A stretch of DNA of 63,169 bases, counting the filler, from Reticulomyxa filosa (lineage: Eukaryota; Protista; Foraminifera), in NCBI GenBank assembly GCA_000512085.1. It is 17 parts of 17 records of this genome, joined end to end, with 100 filler letters (N's around TTAATTAATTAA, not from the genome) between each part and the next. Parts side by side here need not be neighbours in the genome. Positions count along the whole stretch, not along the records: positions 36,654 to 45,452 come from ASPP01009218.1; positions 45,553 to 46,678 come from ASPP01021470.1; positions 46,779 to 48,803 come from ASPP01022486.1; positions 48,904 to 51,657 come from ASPP01024737.1; positions 51,758 to 54,875 come from ASPP01023612.1; 12 more parts are not named here. One strand, written 5' to 3'. The translations under genes and the position numbers were made by a program. Each line of letters starts with the position of its first letter. The first letter of the stretch is position 1. A model generated the notes under the pieces. It did no database searches. It was not told the origin of the DNA and worked only from the letters and a program-made list of their open reading frames with translations. Below are positions 40,326 through 53,602 of the stretch, one piece after another.

Positions 40326-41592
40326 TCATCCCCACAACCCAATCATGTTGTCATTTGACGAAGATAAAATTTTGTCACCACGTGGGGAAATATCCACTTG
40401 TGAAATATATGCAGAATGCGCATTTAATTTTTGTATTATCTTTCCTGATTTTACGTCCCACCATCTAATTGTCTTATCATTCGAACAAGATACAATCGAT
40501 CGACCATCAGGTAAATACCTGACATCCCTTACTACACTTAAATGTCCTTCCAGTTTTTTTACTATCTTTTTTTGTTGCAATATCCCATATTCGAATTGTT
40601 TTATCGCCTGAACAGGACACAATATATGCACAGTCTGGAGATGGCTGTGCATGTAATACAGCGTTTTGATGTCCTCTTAATATATGTAATTGTCTACCAG
40701 ATTTCAAATCCCATATGCAAATGGTTGCATCATAAGAGCATGACACAATTGTCTGGCCATCCGGTGAAAATTGCACATGACTTACTGTTTGTGTATGTCC
40801 TCGTAGTATATTCAATTGTTTTCCAGATTGCAAATCCCATAAACGAATTGTTTTATCTTCAGATCCAGACACAAGTGTGCTACCATCTGCTGAAAATTGA
40901 ACTGTGTTGACAACACTAGAATGTCCTGTTAATACTTTTACTTCAAGTGCTGATGCTACATCCCAAAGCCGAATTGTAGTGTCATATGAAGATGATATAA
41001 TCATTTTGCCATCGGGTGAAAATTGTGCATCATTTACCCATCTGGAATGTCCCATGAATTTTTGTATTTCTTTTCCTGATGCTACGTTCCATATTCTAAC
41101 TGTATTGTCAAACGACGCTGAAACAATTGTACTACCATCTGGAGAAAATTTTGCACTTCTCACGTTGTCAGAATGTCCTTGAAAGACTTTCAATAATTTA
41201 AAGTGTTTGGCCTGAATACATCATTGTCTTTTTGAAAAGCATAATTAAAAAATTTATGACAAACATAGATAATACTACTACTAAACATATCTTGCAATAA
41301 TTTTGTCAAATTCATCAATCCATCCAAAAGCAACTGATAATGATGTTATCCAATTGTTTAATATCAAGCCAACTTCTTCATCTGTCTTTTTTTCAGATTG
41401 TCAGTAGTAATTTATTTTACATTTGTTTGTGGCATTTACCGAGTATGTTGGTTGTATGTTGCTCTGGTCAAAGGTTTGCAAAATACAAGGTGTGTTTGTT
41501 TCAGTATTCCCAAGTGACTGCTCTTGTTCAGAATTAATTTCATTCGGTACTAATAGCATGGCTGTTGATACTGTAATCTCATTACTTGTCAT
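40326..41592 (-). CDS. WD40-repeat protein (highly regular repeats) with an N-terminal GWIDEFDK module; frameshift in an A-run near 40560
   Basis: Repeated GH..V..FSPDG..IVS.S.D.TIR.WD. Three exons: 41439-41592, 41287-41385 and 40326-41211. The frameshift may be a homopolymer error. Confidence 0.9.
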
Positions 41593-41849
41593 TTCAAGTG
41601 GTAATTCAGAATATTAAGAAAAAAATTATTTAAAAGATATTTATGAGATACACTCAAACGTTAGAAAATTGAGTTTATGTTGTCCCTAGAAGTGATGAAA
41701 ATGTATTACAATGTCTTAGAATTCAGTACAAGACTGCTCTTTAAAATGTATTTAAGTCAATTAACACCGTGACAAAAAATTATCTACCGTGTTCAATTGA
41801 AGTATTGCAATTAAGGTTCAGTCACTGAACAAAGAAAATTCAGTGAAAC

Positions 41850-42810
41850 AAAAACGCAAAGTCAAAAAACTAAATTTAAACATTAAAATTTTTAAAGGAA
41901 ACAAATCTTTTGAAGTTTGAAGGATTTGACCCTCCAATTTCTCAATCTCAATGTGTTGTACACAAAGACAGATACTCATTTGTGGACGTTTTAAAGAAGG
42001 AAACTGTTGTCCTTATCATCGCTCAATAACGAATACAGGTTTACCTGTAAGTGTCCAAGTAGTATGGCGTTCGAGTGAAACTGATAGATAATAATAACAA
42101 AGACATCAATGAAATTAATTTGCTGCCTTTGGTGGGATATAAAAAGAAACAATATGCATTATGACGAAATATATAGTGTAGAGTAATAACAATGAAATGA
42201 ATAAATCAAAGAAATTGGCTCCTTTCACGGACACTCACAATCATCAAATTGTCATTGGGAGATCAAGGTAATTGTCGGTAGTGTATGCAATGATTGGTGG
42301 AAGCAATAATTATTTGCCATTTATCAGTTATCTTAGTATGCTTGATTAAATATATTTCAATTTATTAAACATAATAATTTACCAATTAATGCTTATATAA
42401 TTATCATTGCTTTATATCAAAGTTAGAAAATAGACAAGGACAAGAAATGATTAAACAAATGAAGAAAAAAATAAACAAAATTATCAAATGATGTTGTTTT
42501 GTTCAAGACATGATTATCAATTGAATAACAACACTTTTCAATTTCATCAGCTATCTGTGATGATATTACAGCATTAAACTATATCATATTGCCTTTTGGT
42601 TGAACTGATTTATTTGGTTCTGTTTCATAATCACAAGTATTCAATTTAAGAAAACAATTGATGACATTTCAAAACATTTTACACAGTCCATTATGATTGT
42701 ATTGCAATGCTGAGTGAATACAACAATATATACATCATCGGAGGACAAAAGGATAAAAAGATAATATTAACTCATATGAAGACAAAAGTGTGATCATTCA
42801 CTGAGCGATT
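41850..42810 (+). pseudogene. Kelch-like propeller pseudogene (same family as 56799..58077)
   Basis: Colinear remnants SQCVVH, AMIGGSNNYL, GQEMIK, NTFQFHQL and IHIIGGQKDK..HMKTKV with many indels. Confidence 0.85.
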
Positions 42811-45204
42811 ATTTTTTTTATCAAATACAAATAAGTTTTCATTACGTATGTTCACACTTCAATAATTTCCTAACTGTATCACTATTTGCTATTTTCTTGC
42901 TTTTTTTTTCTAAGAAAGACAACAACTATTTAACTACTTTTTTCATAGCACACTGATTTAAGAATTCGATTCAATGACATTTTACTAAAGTTTATACTGT
43001 TCTCAAAACTTCAACAGCAACCAACGAATTGCAGTACTTCACTCGTGCTTCACTTGCGTTCGTCATGTCGGGTTAATTCTTTTCGCAAGTACATATTCCT
43101 AAACTTTTCCACATTTTCTTTTCTCTTCAAAATTTTTTGTCTATCTTTACTTTAGCATATATTTCCTGCACTTTTGTGACAAGCGCTTCACAAGTTCATA
43201 TTGTTAAAAAATAATTTTAAAAATAAGTACAATTTACAAAAATAGGTAAATGCTATCAATATCAATTTATCAATATCACGAAAGGCAAAAGACATATTGT
43301 ACAAGCATGAACGTAAGTGTGTTGCTTGATAGAATTCGGCTGCTTCGATAAAGCTGACACCATATCTGTTATATTTGTGAGTTCTGTGCAAATGGTGATA
43401 ATATTGTTGTCGAATATATATTTGTATGTAACCTACAATTTTTCAATGATTTATAATTTATTCTAAATTATAAATCATACTTAATATGATAGCTACAACT
43501 TTTAGTTTGTTGCAAAATGAAAAAAACAATGTCACTAACTTGTTGCGATATTTTAATCGTTGACAGATTGCGCATAGCATTGTTTTAATATTCAATTTAT
43601 TGAATATAGTTTATAGTCAATGTGTTAGTATCAGCGTCTAGTATAACTCCAACTTGCTCGTAATATGCGCTTACGATACTTTGTCAAACTTTCATTCAAA
43701 CATTTGCATATTCGTAACTTTATGCAACATCAATGAATTATTCAATACATATCAGTTAATATAGTACATATATGTAAATATAAATATAATATATAAAAAT
43801 TCTGTAACTGTTTTAAATATTAATTTGTGTGAGTTTATGTTTAATCCACAATATTAGAATAATCATTAACTTGTGCAAGATCAACAGCTTTTTTTTTACT
43901 AGATAGTTAATTTTTTATATTTATTATTTATTGTGGAAAAAAAGGTAGAATTTGAATAAACTTGTATTGTTTCAGATTAAACTAATCTTTCTTAAAAGAA
44001 AATTCACAGCAAATTTTTTCACAAAAATTTTCTTCAAATAAAAAAATATGTAAAATTCCTCAGTCGTTACAACACCATAACGTCTGTACTGCTTGCTCTA
44101 ACTAACCGTTAATTTAATCAATTTCTTAATTTAATTTAAATAATAATTAATTACCTTTTTTCTTTTAAAACCGAACCTTTGAATATATCGAATAATTACA
44201 TTCAGCGTAAAGTATATCAAATACAATAATTTTTACTTTGTGCAAAGAAAAGTTTAAACTTGTAAATATTTTCTTTACTGTAAAAAAATATAAAAAATTG
44301 TGAAATGCTGTGTTAGATACAGACATGAGCAATGAAACAGTTCATCCGCCAAACAACCTTCAAATTTCAAAAAGTAACAGCTGTAATCATAAAATGTTTT
44401 TCTTTTTTAATATTTTTTTTTTTCAATAATATTCAAATTTTGCAAATCTATGTGTTAAGGAGTATGATCAAAAAGTAAAAGAGAATTATGTCAACAAAGA
44501 TGAAGTGTTCAAAAAAAGATCTTTTTATCATAAGACTGTTTTAAAAACAAAATAATATCAAAAATGAAATGATATTGTATGTATTTATTTCTCATCTTTC
44601 AATAGAATTGTTTTATTTCCAAGATTGTGTTCGTGATATATTGAATTGATCAATGTTCCTTTGGTAATTGTTTTTTGTACATTTTCTTTGGTTTTTTCCT
44701 TTAGTAGAATCGACTTTTACATTGTTTAATTTCATTAATTTTGTTAAGTGCATTTATTGGTTTTTCAACTTTTGCACATTGCATTTTTGTTTGTTTCATT
44801 TAGCATTTTCTTTTTTATTTTAATATTTATGTTGTCATTTATGTTACCTATGCTGGTATTGATATTTTTTGTTGTTTGTATTTCCTGTTCGCTTTGTCAT
44901 TGTTGCTGCCGTTATTTTCTTTTTTTTTATGTTAGGCATGCGTATATTATAGAATTCACTGTCCACGTGTGTTGAAAGATTGCAATTGACATTTAGTCAT
45001 ACGCGTTACTTGGAATCCTCGTTTGTTATGTAGTCATTACAATATTACATTGGAACAATATCTTAATTTACATCTTCTTATTCATTCAATTTTGGTTCCT
45101 CTTTGTCTACATTTATATAAATCATCTTGATTGATTGTCCATTTGTTATTTTGATTTTTTTCATTTTGTCGTATTATTGTCAATTTGTGCTAAATGGACA
45201 AATT

Positions 45205-45452
45205 CATAACCGGATTGTCGTATATATGAAAATGGCAATGTTGGAACCATCACACGAAAATTGTATTCTGTTTATACAATCCGACAACTGAAGTTATTTG
45301 CTAGACGAAATATCACACGTTAGAATCATGTAATCCCATGAACATGAGACAGTTATCATCAGCGATATTCTTACAAAATGTAAATGGCATCCTAAAGATG
45401 AAGACGCTCTTCTGCCACGTCCCACATTTGAATTGTATTATCTTCTGGACAT
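45205..45452 (-). pseudogene. WD40-repeat pseudogene fragment
   Basis: EDNTIQMWDV, VSCSWD, IQFSCDGS and TTIRL, with stops. Confidence 0.65.
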
Positions 45453-46228
45453 NNNNNNNNNNNNNNNNNNNNNNNNNNNNNNNNNNNNNNNNNNNNTTAA
45501 TTAATTAANNNNNNNNNNNNNNNNNNNNNNNNNNNNNNNNNNNNNNNNNNNNAATTTGTTATGTGCGAATGCATCGTTTTTCAATTGTTTTTTTTTGTTC
45601 TTTCAAATGAATCACTTAGAGTAAAACACAATGATATCTTGTTTGGTATGATAATTTAGGTTTTTATTTGTGCCTTTTGAATCAATATAAATGCTGTAAT
45701 TGATGAAATCTGATTTGATTAATTAAAAAAAGAAAAAGATTGCTTTTGTGGATGTAAAAATATATAAGATTGATTATGATTCTTTTTTCAAAGAAATAAA
45801 CAAGAATCTTTGTCAATTAATATGCATAGTCATAAAGTTACATGAAAAAAAAATTCCCAATGAAAAGAAAAGCAAAAACAAAAATTATATCAGATAAAAA
45901 AAAAACATATACAAGACTCAAAAAGTCATTTTTTTGTTTCGTTTTGATCACACTCTTGGCCAATCAACTCAATTGATCGAATAGATGTGAATATCTTTGT
46001 CTAAGTGAATAATTGTAAAGTTTATTTTAATTTTGTCACTGAACTAAATTTTATGCTGAAGAGATTTAATTAGAATAACATATTAGTAAAAATATTTACA
46101 AATCCTAGTTTACAAATTCATTTACAAAGTTTAATTTTACGTATAACAAAAAAAAAAGATACGAAAAGGTAGGTATATTACGGTATGCCCTTTGTTGGTC
46201 AAAATTTTTTTTTTGATCATAATTTTCG

Positions 46229-46678
46229 TTGAAGAAACGACCCATAGAAAAAATTTCGACCAGAAAGAATACACAAAAAGATCCAACATCTTCTCCTTTG
46301 ATGAGAAGTCAAGGAGCGGATCCTTCCAGCTCAAGCAAAGCGGGTCATGGAGCAAGCAAACCAGGCACGGGAACAGGAAGAGCAGTGCCAATGAAAAAGA
46401 CGGCAACAACATCAGCAACAAACGTGGTGGATAGAAAAATCGGCATATCGACGAGTAATTCATTGGCAAGTGTGGAGAACACGAACCAATACATCGGTGG
46501 ACATATGCCACAGTTGAACTTGGAAGAGCTGCGAAACAATCCATTCATTGACACGGCGGACTTGTTGATGACATCGAAAGTGACAGCCCCAATTGTGAGC
46601 GGACATAACAACGCTAATAACGCAAGCGCGACTAGTGACAGCTCGAATCACGCTAAGACGATGACCGACACCCATTTG
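46229..46678 (+). CDS. Low-complexity Ser/Thr-rich ORF, partial
   Basis: About 150 open codons with coding-like GC running into a linker; no recognisable domain. Confidence 0.45.
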
Positions 46679-46778
46679 NNNNNNNNNNNNNNNNNNNNNN
46701 NNNNNNNNNNNNNNNNNNNNNNTTAATTAATTAANNNNNNNNNNNNNNNNNNNNNNNNNNNNNNNNNNNNNNNNNNNN

Positions 46779-48700
46779 AAAACAAATGAAAAGATTGGAG
46801 GAGCACGAAGTCGAAATTGAAAAGAAAGGGCTCCAAAAAAAATATAATCAAAGTCGATGTCGGGCATCGTGAAGGATTGATTTGCTGATCGGCCAACTTT
46901 CGTTTCATTTGAACACCGATGCAACTGGCAATGGTGAAATTATTATCATTTGGTTTTGTGTTATATCTGTTTCCAATAAACAACAAATAAATAAATATGT
47001 GTATGTTTATATGTATACTTATTATTATATTTATAATAATTTGTTTTTGTGATTAAATGCAAAGATTGAAGTATATTCGAAACGCGTTATTTGATTTATC
47101 ATATGCCCATTTGTATTTTGTACAAGAAAGGCAATATCAAATGCAGGATCCAAAGAAAAGGGCAGCTATACGAAATTGAACACTTGCAAGGATGACGAAT
47201 TTCAATGACGATTGGTAAAGACGATGGAATACTTGCAAGAAAACAACGATTAGATGTGGAGCTATATAACAAAAAGAAAAGAAACGCTTGACAGTGAATG
47301 AAGAAAATGTAACCATATTGTTTACGGAGAAATAACATTGAATTCTGCCCACTGACTATTGACCAGGATGCTTTTAATATGAGACCATGTTCGAACAAGA
47401 TGCTGCTCAATTGGAACAATTTGTCTCCGAGGAAAAGTCGATTCCAAGTATCAAATTGCCATTGCCATTGGGTTGAACGAGTGCAGACCATTAAAGAATT
47501 CATGGCCATTCACATTACCAAGACTGATCCGACGATTTAAGCGAGTTTTGCTGCTTGTGCTTGGACCAGTGCGACGAAGTCCAGTACCGCTTCCAGTTCG
47601 TCAGTAAAGTAAAAATGATTCGTTGCAAAATGAAGCGATGTCAAGTTCATTGGATTTATGGACATGATCATTTTGTGGTTGATCAATGGAGAAAGGGGCA
47701 CATGACCGACAAAGGGGCACATGACTGATAAAGGGGCCACGACGGAGAAAGGGACACATGACGGAAAATTCCATGACGTGGGGGGTTACCAACGGCGACC
47801 GTGGTAGGACCAACACAAGAAACAAAAAGCGTCAAAGTTGGTGGTCGTGTTCGTGAAGGTGTCGCGAAATGTGTTGGAGGACGACTTTAGTCGAGGCGAG
47901 AAACGGGACTCGAACTCGATAATTGATAGACCGATGACTATGGTGGAAGAAATACTCCAAGTTCGCAACAACAGTAAAAAAAGAATCTACTTATCTTGTG
48001 TTATCATATTTGTGTGTGTTTCAATACAGTCACCGAAAACAGTGAATACTCGTGAAAGACAATACGAGGAAGACACTCGGCCAGTGAACAGAAGCAAAAC
48101 GAAATATCTTTGGACGAGACCAAAAAAGCGATTGAACGAGAACGCGAGGAAGAAGCAGAAGTGAATAAAAATGAAGACGAAAACGAAGACGAAAAAGCCG
48201 GGCATGGACGCGCAAAAAGCACGGTGGCGAATTTCTTTGACATGGCTGTCGGCAATCGAGTTCGAATATTGGGAAACAAAACATGTGTCATGTCCTATCT
48301 TGATGATGTGGAGTTTTCCAATGAAGAGAATTTATGGCAAGTGGTATGATTTATTTATTTGCTTTGAGAAGAAAAAGCCCTTGATTAGTGTTGAATTTTG
48401 TTTCAATGTTAGAAAGCAGACTGATGGCAGCAATGATGACGAAGACTACACAACACCACCTCCACAAGCGTCATAACCGAAAGTGCCAATTCAAGATCAG
48501 AAACTAAATGAAGTTTTTTCGAGGGAAAGCAGGAGTGGTGAACACACACTGGAGAAACAGATTTGATGAAAGGAAATCGATTTGGAGTTGAAGACATGGA
48601 GCTCTTACGGCACAATGGCACATAGTGAGGAAAGAAACATTTTGAGGCCAATGTATGTCGTGGCCATTTCACTCGAGATGCTCAATTTCTCAAGTAGTGA
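46779..48700 (+). pseudogene. CAP-Gly-domain gene, degraded
   Basis: VGNRVRILGNKTCVMSYLDDVEF and RFGVE..HNGT**GKKHFEA..RGHF resemble CAP-Gly (G.V.Y.G..F / G.HDG.V.GK.YF). Numerous stops. Confidence 0.55.
47689..47763 (+). repeat. 18-19 bp tandem minisatellite, 4 copies
   Basis: GAGAAAGGGGCACATGACC / GACAAAGGGGCACATGACT / GATAAAGGGGCCACGACG / GAGAAAGGGACACATGACG. Confidence 0.85.
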
Positions 48701-48903
48701 TTCCTTTGATGAAGCCATTGGGCCCAGAAACCCAACAGTCGCATAGTTTTCGTCAGTGGAGGGGCGATAAGTATCTCAAGTGCATTGCTTATCCTCATTT
48801 TTGNNNNNNNNNNNNNNNNNNNNNNNNNNNNNNNNNNNNNNNNNNNNTTAATTAATTAANNNNNNNNNNNNNNNNNNNNNNNNNNNNNNNNNNNNNNNNN
48901 NNN

Positions 48904-48950
<47 letters not shown>

Positions 48951-49014
48951 TTTATTTTTTATGTGAGTATTTTTTGAACGCACACTAAAAGGGTCTGCAT
49001 CGTCACTGGAATCA

Positions 49015-51040
49015 GTGTATCTGCTTCAAACCTCACCTTTCGCAGACCAATCGAAACAAGAGAGAATGCCGAAATGCGACAACGGTGTGACAATGTCGTT
49101 GGGAGGACTTCCGCCGTCCCCACATGATCTTGCCATCCCTGGAAATCAGAGAATGATAAGTATTTATCCGATTGTGGTGCCTTCCACAACAACAACAACA
49201 ACAGCAGCAGCAGTAGCAACAGCAGTAGCAACAAGTGATGCGTACAGGTACCAACCCAGTGTTTCCCATTGGTCTGATGATAATCGAAATGAAAAGCGAA
49301 TGCATTGCGCAACTGGTCCTTTGAGGAGTGACGATGATACAACTCGTCATTCAAAGTACCAATTCGCAAATGTACACACGCAGATCGAGATTGTTAAACC
49401 TGTTGACGGTGTTCGCTGTGTACCTGTCTTGGCGAAAGCTCCTCGTTCTGATCGCGTCAATATCTGTGCCAACGCAAGCGCAAGCGAACGGACTTGCTTC
49501 ACTATCTCGTCAGAGCCCGTCGATTGTTGCGCTTTCGAGAGGAGTGTGTGTCTTGTGGAATTGGCCAAGGTGCGAAAATGCATTCTGCATACGTAAACCA
49601 TTTTATATACTTATATTTTTTTTAAGTTGATTATATGTAACACAATTGTATGTGTATGCAAATGATTGGATACAGCTGTGGCAGCCGTTAGTGAGGTAGT
49701 GGAACAACTTAAACGAGAAAAAGTTGCAATCGTTACCAGTTATAATGTGTTGCATTTTTTTTTCCCAATCCTTTGAGAAGAGATTTGAAGAACATAGGCA
49801 CACAAGGATTTGGTAATAAAATCGACACAACGTCCAATGCTTGTGTGCGTGTGTTGAAATAATAACGGACTTAGTCGAGATTGATGATCGAGCAAATGAT
49901 TATCTTCCAGTCCTGGAAGTTCGCCTGCGGCGTGGTGAGCATTGCCACATATGCATTCTTTTGTTGCCGAAAAACGAAACGAAACAAAACAAAACAAAAC
50001 AATCATCTACCTTCTATCGTCCTCTTAAAACATCTTTCTACTTTTAGCCAAGCTTTTTTTTTCTTGAAGTTATTTTGTTATTCTTTGTTGTTGTTTTTTT
50101 TTCCATATATCGCGACTGGCTCTTTGAAACAACGATTGCCTAAGTTATTGTCAGATTTTCGACGTCGCAAGGTCATTGAAATATTTGAACTGTTCGATAC
50201 AGAACTAAAAGGAAAAATATCAATTTTGATCATTGAAAAGGTAATTTTTTTTTTTAAAAATGAGAAAGTCTTTGCAATAAAAAAATAGCTTTTTTTTTTA
50301 TGGCTGATATAATATGTGTTATTTTTAATGTGCAGATGAACCTTCCAGAGAAATTCCACACAAAATCCACTCACAAAAACAATCAAGATTTTATGAAAAG
50401 AAAGGGAACGCATTTATCAGGTAAGGATATTGTCTCTTATGCATTCAAAAATATTTTTGCAATTTGTTTTTTTTTCCTTTTTCATTCAATATATACCCGA
50501 CGTTGGTTTGTGCTTGAAGAATTTATTAGCTATTGATATCTGCTAGTTCATCCATTGATTTTGGAGTTTCATTTTAAGCGCGCAATATCGTCGTTGAACG
50601 GAAAGTTGGATGTGCAATATGGACCTTTACAGGCCCTTCATTCGGAATGTCAAGAGTTTGTGTTAGTATCGGAAAACGTCGGAGATCAGAAGGCTTCCAG
50701 CCAAAAGGAACAACCTCATGACGTTGAGAGATGAAGTGAATATGATGACTGTTGTCACGAATATGAAGACGATGATGCGTATGAAAGTGAATGCGGCAAT
50801 GTCGACAATGATAAAGAGGATGAAAGTGTAAGTGAAAAAATATACAAGCAGAATGACAAAAATGGTGTTGTTGTCACTAATGAACCTGTTCGTGGTGCCA
50901 ATAAAAATGAACAGATCATTTCGTGCCGTGCAGTACCTGGAATACATCAAAGCAAACATGAAAGGCTGTTGGAGTTTGGAAACCAAAGGCACCAGTTAGT
51001 CCAATGCACAAAAATTAGGCGCTTGTTGTCATAATAGTTC
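49015..51040 (+). pseudogene. Unknown multi-exon gene with an EF-hand-like motif, disrupted
   Basis: EIFELFDTELKGKISI (EF-hand-like) and an acidic tail. In-frame stops in several exons. Confidence 0.4.
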
Positions 51041-51757
51041 AAGGGCTAGGAAAAATGAAGACAAGTAATGAGAAAATATTCAAACGGACCAAAAATGGTC
51101 GTTTGTATCACTTTAATTGTTTTTATGTGTTTTTTTTGGTGTTGGAAAGTTCTATATCCCATATTTTTTCACTCTGGGCAGCAATTTTTTTTTATGTCTT
51201 TTTGTAGTCTTTCTATTTGCCTTTTTTTTAGCATCTTTGTTTATTTTTTTGTTTGTTTTTGTTTTTTGTTCATTCTAGTTCTTTATGTTTGTATGTTTTT
51301 TCCTTATGTTCCATACAGTGATTCCATTTTCTCACTTTAAGTTTGTACAAGTGCTTCATCGCAAACTAGCAAATAAGCCATCTGTCATTGTTTAAATTTG
51401 TAACTTGTGTAATTTTTATTTTCTTGAAAACAAATTAGATCTTCATATACAGTACGTTTGCCAAAATTCAAAGATCGAATACAATTTCTTTCCAAAGTTC
51501 ATAAAGTTTTTAACCTATAAAACAATGAATATTGATAAAAAAATTTCTAAAAAAGTATATTTAAAACCAAAATTAAAGAAAATAAACATCTAGTTTTAGG
51601 TAAGTGAATGTACGTTTGTAACTGCAAAACCTGTGAGCGTATTTTTATTACATATTTNNNNNNNNNNNNNNNNNNNNNNNNNNNNNNNNNNNNNNNNNNN
51701 NTTAATTAATTAANNNNNNNNNNNNNNNNNNNNNNNNNNNNNNNNNNNNNNNNNNNN

Positions 51758-53602
51758 AAAAAAAAAAAAAAAAAAACTAACTCGCTCGCTTCCAGCTAAA
51801 TCAACCAAATTTAGCTTTCCAACTCGAAATTGCTGTCGTAAACAGTTTCTATTTTTGTCGTTGGTTTTGTTTTTAATCGCATCTGATGTGTCTTGTGGGA
51901 TGATAGGTACTTTGGAGTGAGATTGTTCAGGTATGTCTTCACTGGATTGATCTGCCTCCAAACTCAGTTCATTTTGCTCCACGATAATGATAAATATGGC
52001 GTGACTTCGCGAAGATAGTTCGTTGAGCTTGGTTGAGCATGTCATCCGCAGGGATGCACCCTTTTTAATTAGTCCATAGATCTCGGCTGGGTTACGTACC
52101 ACCCACTCCGACAAGCCTTCTACATATAACCCTTTTTTTTTATCTTCGCGGATTTGCAAGTTGCCGCGCTCCGACTCTAACAAATCGGAAATCACTTCGT
52201 TGTAAATCTGCAAATATGACGTACGTACCAGGAATCTCATTGTTGGGCTAGCCTTCTCTTCAATAACTGACAAATAATCAACATTAAAGACAAAAAAAAA
52301 AAAACCTTTTATTGAATTTTTAAAAAGTTCCGAGTCAGTTACGAATATATATGTACATATATATTTTTTTTTTTTTAGTCAACATTGAAATATTTCCTCA
52401 ATAGCTCTGGGAATGATACCACGTTGTTCATCACTATCAAAACCTTCCATTGTGTATGTCTTGCCAGCAGAGGTTTGCCCATAGGCAATAATACTTGCAT
52501 TGTAACCTTGCAACGTCGATATCGCCGCCTCCCTAGCAATGCTCTCGTATACGTCCTTTTGCTTAGCGCTTTCGTCGTGCACATGATCAAAAGTGAAACT
52601 ATGCATTGTATGCACCAACGATGAGCTAGCACTATTGAGTGATTGTTCTGAGGATGCACTATTAAATCCATCTGATATTGATATTGCTATTTACTCAAAA
52701 AAAAAAAAAAGGGACGAAAGAATTAAAACCAAAAACTAAAAAAGAAAAATACATAATATCATATATACACACAAAAGATATATAAACATAAACATGTTTG
52801 CAGAAATGAGCTAAACACTTGTTATGAATTCTCACGATATTTGCAAAACCAAAGGGAGAATTTAATTCACGTGCCAATGGAGGTCTCACTCGAATTGCCA
52901 CTTTAAAATTTTCATTCACATCGTCGTTGTCTGTCGATTGCAAAATGCTTGTGTTCGTTCCAACTTGGCTTGGTGTTTGGCGTTTATTCGCTGGAGTATT
53001 TTGTTCCGACGTAATATATCTCTACAGCGCGTGTAATTTTTTTAAAAAAATTCAAATGTCACAATAAAAAAGGCACCAAAAAAAAAAAAAAAAAAAGGCA
53101 TTTTGTGTTTTAATCTAAAAAAAACTTTCAAACGCGATTATATAACTAAATCATTAGGTTTTTCTGTGACACTCTTTGGGCGCATTTTTGGGGTTATCAT
53201 GTCATCATTCTCTTCCAGTGCAGATTTTGACTTGCGTTGGCTCTGTCCTTCGAAAGAACGGCTGTGCCTGAGACTTTTGTTAGGCACGTCAAAAAAACGA
53301 TGAGTGGAGCCGGACTCTACTGGCGATTCAAAAGTTTTTGCTGCAAACGAATCATTGTGGTCACGGAAAAAGTGGTCTGTTGCGCACTGGTTCTGACCAA
53401 ACACGTTTGGAGGATTGCGAAACAATTGAGGTGACGGCATAGTGTTTGAATAGCTCGAGTTTGCATTTTGTTGATAAAATGAAGAATTGCTATTATTTCC
53501 ATTGTTGGAGGCACTTTTATAACTTGAAGTAGTAGACCCTATATAGCCTCTCAAACGAATATCACGGTCGGGAAGAACAGATGCATTTATGTCCATTCCC
53601 AA
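51758..53602 (-). CDS. Kinesin-like protein, N-terminal extension plus motor domain (3' truncated by linker)
   Basis: NFKVAIRVRP, FTFDHV, GYNASIIAYGQTSAGKTYTM, SYLQIYNE..DLL, NELSSRSHAIF and GKLNLVDLAGSER. Start approximate. Confidence 0.93.
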
